Part shown: in pieces, positions 55,724 through 64,000 of the stretch
How positions within the stretch are numbered: position 1 is the first letter of the stretch
Layout: each line of letters begins with the position of its first letter
Assembly: GCA_001643675.2 (NCBI GenBank)
Contig: LSRY02000063.1
Span: forward strand, 248,001-312,000
Source of the DNA: Monocercomonoides exilis PA203
Lineage: Eukaryota; Protista; Preaxostyla
Direction: 5' to 3'
DNA length: 64,000 nucleotides
Program-made: the position numbers and the translations under genes
Notes under the pieces: generated by a model
Database searches by the model: none
Seen by the model: the letters and a program-made list of their open reading frames with translations, nothing else
What the model was told of the DNA's origin: nothing

Positions 55724-57918
55724 GAGAGAGATATGGGGTGATGTGCTTGATAAAGTAGTGTTTGAAGAAGAAGATGATGATGAAGATGATGATGTGAGTG
55801 AAGAAGATGATTCTAATTGAGAAGATGGATCTGATGGAGTGTTTGTTATGTTTGCCTCAACAATGTTATCAACAACAGAAGAAGCTGAAGAAGACGATAA
55901 AGGCGAAGAAATAGAAATGTCTTCTTCCATTTTAATTGAAGCACTTGAAGCAGACAAATTTGCATCTTCAGTTTTATCATTTGTGCATGCATTTCTATTC
56001 ACTTTCTCTTCCTTCTCTTCCTCCATCTTCTCTCCCCTTCCTTCTCTTTCTCTTTCTCTTTCTCTTTCTTCTTCCTCTTTCATCTGTGCCAGTTGTGAGC
56101 AGATGCATCTGTCGCTCTTCTTCCACAGACGAACTGTGCCGTCGAATGAACTGCTGACAAACAGATCTTGATTGGGTGACCCACACACACAGCTGACAGG
56201 ACCTGTGGAGAAGAGAAAGAGAGAGAAAATAAAAAAAAAAATAAAATAAAATAAAATAAAAATATAAAAGGGGAGAAAGAGGAAGGAGGAAGAGAGAAAG
56301 AGAGAAAGAGAGAAAGAGAGAAAGAGAGAAAGAAAGTGAAAGTGAATATGCAATCAATAACCAATAAAAGAATTCATAAATTTATTGTACGTAATAACAT
56401 ATTGAAATAAGGTTGTTAACTCTAATAATAATATTTTTCTTTCTTTCTTTCTTTCTTTCCCCCTTATAACCATCTAAATATTTGCATTCAAAAAATTCCC
56501 TCTTTCATTCATTTATCCTCTCTCTCTCTCTCTCTCTCTCTCAGTCTCTCTCTCTCTTATTCATTCATTCATTTCTCCTTCCTCATCAAACCTTCGTGTC
56601 CACCCAGTTTCTGCATCATCAGCTGGCTTCGAATGTCCCACAAAGCGATGCTGCCGTCTTCAGAGCCGCACAACACACTGAAAGGGTCAGACACCAGAAA
56701 AGAGGGTTGCAGACAGAAGAAGCGATTTTGATGGCCCGTGAACACCTTGATGCACCGCCCAGCTGATGTTCGTTGAGGAAGTGCAAAAAAATAGATATGA
56801 AATAAAAGATAATCAAGATGATTTCAGCAAAAATATTGTATTAGAAAAATATTAATTGACTGAAAATTTTTTAACACAAAACGGCATCCAATTGAAGTTC
56901 AATATTTCTTCAAAAAAGAAGAAGCAGATAAAATGTACAGATATTCATTCAGACTAACTCATCAAATTTCAACATACATCCAAATGCATCCCACAATCTC
57001 ACTGAATCATCCAACGCTGTTGATAATATATATTTTTGATTTGGAGAAAACAGACAGCAACCAACAGGCGCAGGAGAAGATACCTCAAGAAATGTATGAG
57101 TGCACTGCAGTGTAGTAGTATCATATAAACGTCTAAAGTCAATTAAAAATTCCGAGATATAGAAATAATAATACTTTTTAAAAACAAATAAAAAATCATA
57201 CATGAACCCATCGTGACCAGCAGCAAGAAGCACATCTCCATTCTTAATAAATTGTACTGTCGTCATTGGGAATGCCCCAGGAGTCAATGTTGCAATCACT
57301 GATCCAGTCAGCAAGTTCCATAAAATCACTTTTTTATCAACGCCTGCTGTTGCAACAACAGTGCTGCTTGGAGCAAAATCACATGATATTGCATAATTTG
57401 TGTGTCCACGTAATGTTTGAATAACTTCATTCTAAATATTAAATTTCATTAAAAAAAAAAGCCAATATGAATAAAGTTGAAAATCATTGATATACTTCAA
57501 ATAAGTCCCAGATTTTTGCTGTTCGATCATCAGAAACGGTGCACAAATACCTAAAAAGAAAAGTTTCACATCATAGACTTGACTAATATTCAGGCAAACC
57601 TTCCATTTCGCGAAAGTGCAAGATCTGAAATCCCTTGTCGGTGCCCTTTATTCTCGTCAGTAACATGCGTCATTATTTCTCCATTTGTTCCGTTGTATAT
57701 GGTGATACTCGCGTCAGCTCCTGTTGTGCAAAGAATTGGTATAGCAATTTTTTATCATAAAATTAAATAATTTTTTTATTATTTTCGAATAAATCTAAAA
57801 TACCCGTAGTAATAAAAAAACTTCCATCGTCAGAGAATTTCAATGACGATATGGGATGCGTGTGAGCCTTCGCATACGATACAGAACGATAAGGCTGGGG
57901 AAAAGAAGGACAAAACAT
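53786..57918 (-). CDS. WDR5: WDR5/Swd3-like 7-blade WD40 protein with about 780-aa Ser-rich C-terminal extension (about 1087 aa, 7 exons)
   Basis: Exons 57804..57918, 57600..57720, 57496..57550, 57202..57431, 56978..57132, 56592..56762 and 53786..56202, all GT-AG and in phase. Colinear with WDR5: GHRQGISDL, SDDRTAKIWD, LRGHTNY, FSPNQKYILSTALDDSVRLWD, CIKVFTGHQN, CGSEDG, QKLGGH. Orthology is not proven. Confidence 0.8.
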
Positions 57919-58520
57919 CCCAAAGAGAAGAAAGTAAAAGAAATGGACGAACTGATCTTTTTTTGATTAAATAACAGAAAAAATTTCAAATATTGCAAAA
58001 TTAAAATGTGATAATTGTGAACCGGAAATTTTTTAAAGTTAGTAAAAATCATCCAATTTTTGATTCTTTGAAAAGAAATGTTATTTTGAATTTCTAGAAT
58101 TGAAACTGTGTCTATATTTTTCCGAAAAGAGAAAACTCAATGAAAGCTCTCCAAAATATCCTTCTCCTGATCAAAATTTGTTTCCAAATTAAAACATTAT
58201 ACACATTTATGATATTTTTTTCTCAACATCAAAAAGAATAAGTGCAAAGAGAAATTATTGCAATAAATCCATGTTTAATGATCTGTTCATTCAACAAATT
58301 GAATTCTTCCGATATGACATGTGTTGTTTTAGAAGCACAGCTAAATCCAGACAGAAAATGGAAGTTTATTGAACAAACGAACAAAAATATATAGCTTTTT
58401 GAATTTTGTTACAAACAATATGTGTAACCATTTTTTCAAACGTAACTTAATACGGTGTGTTGTTTTTTCAAAGATTGTTTATCATGATGAAGATATTTTG
58501 TAATCTAATTTATTATATTT

Positions 58521-58774
58521 GGGTGATTATTTTTGAAATCATATTTTTCAATTAATAATTTCGGTGCAAAAATATTTCTTGAATATCAATAAAAAAATAA
58601 AAAAGCAAAAAGGCTTATTGAATGAATTTCAATCTTTGATTCGGAAAAGCCATTTGTTTTTGAAAACAATTATCATGCTTTTTCTCTTTAGAATTAAAAT
58701 TTTCTTTCAAAAAACGAACAATTTCTTATAAATCAACACCCCGACAAAATATATGATTTCAAAAATAATCACCC
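58521..58774. mobile_element. 254-bp MITE-like non-autonomous element with perfect 24-bp terminal inverted repeats
   Basis: 58521..58544 GGGTGATTATTTTTGAAATCATAT is the exact reverse complement of 58751..58774. The flanks ATTATATTT and ATTTTGTTT match at 7 of 9 positions (possible decayed 9-bp TSD). The interior is AT-rich and non-coding. Confidence 0.75.
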
Positions 58775-59057
58775 ATTTTGTTTTTGTTTTTATCAAAAAA
58801 ATTGTTTTCAATGAGAAATCAAAAGTTGCGTATGGAATGATAACGTGAAATTTTCCGAAATCAAAAACCATGAAAATTATAAAAATACAAATATTATTTT
58901 TTTTTTTTCGAAATCGAAATGACTAAGTTTTTCAAGATCAATTCATTTTGTTTTAATTTCAGGTGAATGTGAGATTAGTTCATTCTAATCAAAAATACTG
59001 TTTCCACTCATCAAACTCAATCCAATTTATATAATTGCATTTGTTTGTAAAATGGCT

Positions 59058-59058
<1 letters not shown>

Positions 59059-59097
<39 letters not shown>
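59059..59097 (+). repeat. T39 homopolymer
   Basis: Read directly. Confidence 0.95.
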
Positions 59098-59098
<1 letters not shown>

Positions 59099-59874
59099 AA
59101 AACTTCCCTTTGTTTGATTTACAAATAAAATAATAATTTCATATTTGCTTCAATTTTCTGTTCACACTTTCGAAACTTTTCTTTATTGGAAACAAAAACA
59201 TTGTTTCGGTTCAATTTCCATTTTTTTATGAAGTTTTAAAGATGGGAACAAAAAACTGAAGAAAAAATGAAAATTTTTATTTCATTCCTATATTTTTTTA
59301 TTTTTCTTTTCTCTCTCTCTATCTCTTTTTCTTTTTCTATCTTTCTTTACTTTTCTTTTCTTTTCTTTTTTTTTACTCCACAATTTTTATATGAAACTTT
59401 GGCTTTAAGAATAATTGTCTCACTTTCGACATTTGAAAGAAAAATGTAAGTCTAATGACAAAAATAATCTTTGGATTTTCATCATTCGTAAAAATTATGA
59501 TTTCATTTATTATCTCCCATTTATTAAAAAAACATAGTTAATTCATAATCTATTTTTTCCCTCATTTTTCTCCGGTTTTCTTCATTAAGAATATTTTCGT
59601 TCTTTACCAAAAAAGAAAAAAATTTCTGAAATAAAAAACCGTTTGATTGCTCGATTGTTGAAAACAAACAAACAAAAAAGAAAGAAAGAAAGAAAAGAAA
59701 AAAGGTAGTATTTAAGGATTGTTGTTGAAATGAAAACTCAACCCACAAAAATGAAGTGTCTTCTCTTTCCTCCATGAGGAAACAAAAATCAAGAACCCAA
59801 GTCAACATATTACCCTCTAACACCTCGATTTCTTCATTCATTATCATTTTCTTCCAAATATCCACTTTTTAAAA

Positions 59875-62800
59875 TCATTTCCCCCCTGCTATTTCACTTC
59901 CATTCACACTCTCATTCCCACTTCCACACCTCCCACTGTCTTCTAATCCGATTGCATCCGAAACAGTGAAAGTGGACATGCTTGCCGGACAGTATCGGAT
60001 GAATTCTCGCTTTAGATCTCTCAATCGTGGACGGTTTTCTGCCTCAAATTGAAGCATACTGCACACTGCATCTCGCAACTGACTGTTCTCAACAACTCCA
60101 ATGTTCGGCAATCCTCTTTCTTTGATCATCCACCCAGCCATTTCTGCCTCATAATCTCCAAACGGAATGTGGAGCGTCAAGCACTCCCACAGCATCATCC
60201 CAATTGAAAACACAACCGTTTTCTTTGTTGCTCCCATTTTATTGTTCATCAACAATTCGGGTGCCTTCCATCGCATGCACTCCTTTCTGTTGTCATCTTC
60301 ATCTTCAAAGGCTGAAGAAGGCAGAGAGTCCTCCTCATCATCATCACTGGCAGATGTCGCAACTGTCGATGAAGAGATGGACGATGAGTCTGAATCATCA
60401 GAAGAACAGTCAGAGTGCATCGCAATGCAGATTACCATGTGCTCAGAAAATAGAACAATATGAGGACTGAGATTGGCAAGAGAAGATAATCCATTTTCCA
60501 TTTCATCAAATGAGTGGAGGGCAAGATTGGCTACCCAAAACAGGATCTGAGCAGCTGTCTGCTCTCTCTCTTGTAAACTTCCAATCTCCATCTCTTTCTT
60601 CTCATTCCTCCCGTGAAGCAACATGAACAATGAATCTCTCAAATCCACAATCAGCTTCTCATGAGGCGATGAGCAGGCCATTGCATCCACCAGATTCGAC
60701 ATTGAAGAGGTTGTTGGACACAGATCCTCCCCTCGAACAAATGTGGAGTCTGAATCTGTTGTTGAAGTGGATGAGACAGATGGTGATGGTGTTCTCTTCC
60801 TTATCTCTTCCTCCTCCTCCTTTTCCAATGCCCAATCAGGGATCTTGTCTGAATCTTTCCCTAAAATATATTCAGTAGATCCACTCTCAGAAAGAAGATG
60901 TTCTGAAGATTCTGAATGTCCCAAGCTTTTTTCATACACTCTCTTCTTTATCCTCTCCTCATTCTTCTTCTCAGCTTCTCTTTCTGCCCTCCTCCACTGC
61001 TCCTCTGGTGACATCTCCATCGTCACCATCTCAAATGCCTTCGGATCTTTTCTGATGTTATCATTCACAATCTCTCTCAGATCTTTGTTCTCTTTCTTTG
61101 CTTTCCTCCATCGAACAATGAATATAATTGACACAATAAGAACAATCATCAGAATAACTGTCATGATAATCACAATCAACAACCAATAAGATTTTCCTTC
61201 TTTTCCTCCTTCAACAATCCTTTCATCTCCACTTGTCTTGGATTCGCTTCTGTTCTTCAGAATAAATGACTGAGTTGATGATGGAGATTCTGCATTCCCA
61301 AATAAAATATGCACACTCACCTCTATTTCATCTCCGCAACCGCTGAGGAGATCCTTTGCCACACTTCCTTCTTCTTCTCTTTCTGATAAAAATCCATTTG
61401 AATCAAAATCATGCTTTTCAATCTCTTTCTCTTCTCCCTTTTTCTTCACAACCGAGAATGACAGATTGCATGGAACAAGAAGCGATCCTTTGAATGTCAG
61501 CTTCATTCTATTTGCCTCTTCTTTTGCTTCCACACTCTCCAACACAGGAATGAAGAATGATGAATCCCTTTCAGAAACAATCCCTTCAAAACTGCACCCA
61601 TCATTCAACATCCAAAGTGAAGTATTTGGCAAAACTCCATCTCCACCTCTCAAACTCATCACATTCAATATTCCTGAATCTGAGCAAATGATGTTTCTTC
61701 TCATTGATGGATATTCTTCAATCGATGGACAATTGTCAATGAACTCTCCTTTCTCAATTATCACATTTCCTCCCCTCATTGTAATTCCACCTTCTGGTGA
61801 ATTTGCAATTGCTGTGTCTTTCATCAAAACAGAACTGTTGGAGATATCCACAAGAGATCCATCCCATCTGCACATCTCCTCTTCGTCATTCAAATATTGC
61901 TCATTTCTTTCCTTTATTCCTCCATCAAACAAGCATGATCCAATCAGCACATCCACACCCTCACAAATCTCCACCATTCTCCCTCTCTTGTTTGTACTCC
62001 AGCATTTCGCAAAAGAGCAGTTCAGCACACTCATCCTCTTTTCGGCTCCTTCCATCTTCAGTACACTCTCATTCCCACAAACAGAGTTATTCTTAAAATT
62101 CATTTCCTTCATCTCCATATCAACCTTCCCTCCAACACAAATCAAACCACATTCACTCATGACATCCCAAACTCCAATCTCACTCATCGAAACCTTTCCC
62201 TCTTTGGTGAACGAGAGAAGTGGTGCTGTGGTGTGAATCCCTTCAAATGTTGTTTCTGTCATCTTCAGCTCTCCACTCTCAACACTCACAATCCTGCTCT
62301 TCATCACCAGATCCATCGTTGCTGAGCTGAACATTCACTCCGAAACCTCCAATCTCCCATCCTTCTCTTTCACAATGCTTTCCCCACCCCACCCAAACAT
62401 CTCCCCAAACACAAATCCGCATCTCTCCACAACACACTCATCAACAAACACAATCACACTTCCTCCATTCATTTCATCTTCTTCAATCATTGTGTTCAAA
62501 TGAATGGTTGCCTGTGCCCTCTTCAATGATTTCACATTCAAATCTCCAATCTCACACACTCCCCCAATCAGACATTCTCCATCAATCAGAATCATATTCG
62601 CAACACTCCTTTCAATGTGCCGAACTCCACAGCAAATGCTTTGGCATGGATTCTCTTGTGCCCCACACTGTCTGCTGTCATTTCCATTCACGCCCACAAA
62701 CACCTGAGGGGAGTGATAGAATGTGATCAATGGAATCAGATCAACATCAACCTTGCCAACATCATCCCTCCCACAAATCGAGTTGTTCGACTTCAAAGCA

Positions 62801-64000
62801 TCCTGGCTGAAGTCCAGAACAAACAGCGTCTCATTCACCTGCCCTGCAATCGAATAGCACTTGATGAACACATCCTTCCCAACAAACGCTTCATTCATCA
62901 CAAATCGAATGTTTTCCAGTCTCACCCAAAGAGCTGGCATTTCCTTTTCAACCAATTCAGCTTTCGGATCAGCTGCATCAATCATCAAACCTCCTCCTCT
63001 CCCATTTACCGTCGAGCACATGCACATCACCAGCGAGCATCCTCTCACTTTCAATTCCGATTCCCCACTCTTCAGACACACTTTCACCCCTCCACCTTCC
63101 TTGCTCCTCTCACTCGCACACTTCGTCAGCACACACCCTTCCATCACACACTCCACACCAACCCCGAACGAATCCACACTCATCACACATGCTCCATTCT
63201 CTCCACATGAAATGTTTGTGAATGTCGACTCATTCACTCTCACAACTGTGTTCGTGTTTCTTTCTTCTCTTTTCGCGAATTGGAAATTGTGTAATCCCTC
63301 AGTCAGCGAGATCAGGCTTCCCCCTGATATTGCTGTATTCAATATTGACACATTCACCACTGAAATCACTTCCACTTCTGCTCCAAACTCCACAAACCCT
63401 TTCGCAACACTCCACTCAGAAAGCGTCAAATCTTCAATTGCAACACTTCCTCCATCCACTCTCACAACACAATACTTCATCTCTCTCCTTTCCTCAGAAC
63501 AATCAATCGAACAGCTCACAACTGAAAGCATTGCAGAGGATGATGAAGATTGAACGAATGATGAATGTCTCCCCAATTCATTCGGCATTGTGAATGATAT
63601 GTTCTTGAATGAAAGATGAACATTCGAAACAACAATCGATTCACCTCCTCCATCTCCATCCATTTCTCTCACTTTCATAACTGTCCCTTTCTTTTCTCCT
63701 TCGATCGTCACAATGGGAGTTTCTGTTAATGAAGGAGGTGACAGAAATGATATTCCTTTGTTGAGTGCTCCTGTTCCAACAATGTTGATGTGAGATTCCC
63801 CTTCTCCAAGTGGTTCATATCTCAGTGAAATCAGGTGGTCAATCGATGAACATGGTGCTTCTGAATACCCACACCCACTGAAATCTCCTCCTTTCTCTCG
63901 AGAAACAAACCCATCCCCACTCCAGTTATCCCACAAATAAACAACCAATGGAATCACATATCCCTCATCTCCTGTCATCTTTCTCTCCCTTCCACACAAC
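59875..64000 (-). pseudogene. 3' part of a surface receptor pseudokinase paralog with one in-frame TGA (62335-62337); 5' end outside the window
   Basis: Track ORFs 62335..63999 and 59875..62334 abut in frame (RLEVSE*MFSS) and are colinear with the C-terminal ~1400 aa of 1937..11290 (SLEMRICEFFSS). TM and pseudokinase tail are present. Confidence 0.8.

Noticed and set aside
59059-59097. Poly(A) on the coding strand as a retroposition tail of the fourth receptor gene
   Set aside because: About 780 bp from the stop, no TSD seen, homopolymers are common here, and the comparable run at 1259-1312 is in the opposite orientation.
1806-63593. Many plus-strand ORFs (Ser/Pro/Phe/Ile-rich) antisense to the giant genes
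   Set aside because: Shadow ORFs produced by the purine-rich codon bias of the real minus-strand genes; no independent motifs.

Overview
Eukaryotic, AT-rich, intron-containing genomic DNA (mostly 51-82 nt GT-AG introns, standard genetic code). Gene content and families strongly resemble an oxymonad such as Monocercomonoides exilis; this is an inference from recognised gene families, not from a search. More than half of the window is taken by four giant minus-strand paralogs of one type-I surface receptor family, with no intron evident. They have Cys-knotted beta-helix (Pmp/pectin-lyase-like) modules and one TM helix. Three end in a near-invariant acidic juxtamembrane region plus a catalytically dead TKL/TK-like C-lobe; the fourth has an unrelated tail. 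Two of the four carry in-frame stops but no frameshifts. Also present: an uninterrupted Merlin/IS1595-type transposase running off the left edge (missed by the ORF track); a 254-bp MITE with similar termini; a bacterial-type orphan histidine kinase with 4-5 spliceosomal introns (one GC-AG), head-to-head with a bacterial-type iron alcohol dehydrogenase; an 8-TM doubled tetraspanin-like protein head-to-head with the largest receptor; a WDR5-like WD40 gene with an altered Arg pocket and a very long Ser-rich tail; an SCI1-like protein; a lineage-specific helical protein; and a decayed ABCC transporter fragment.
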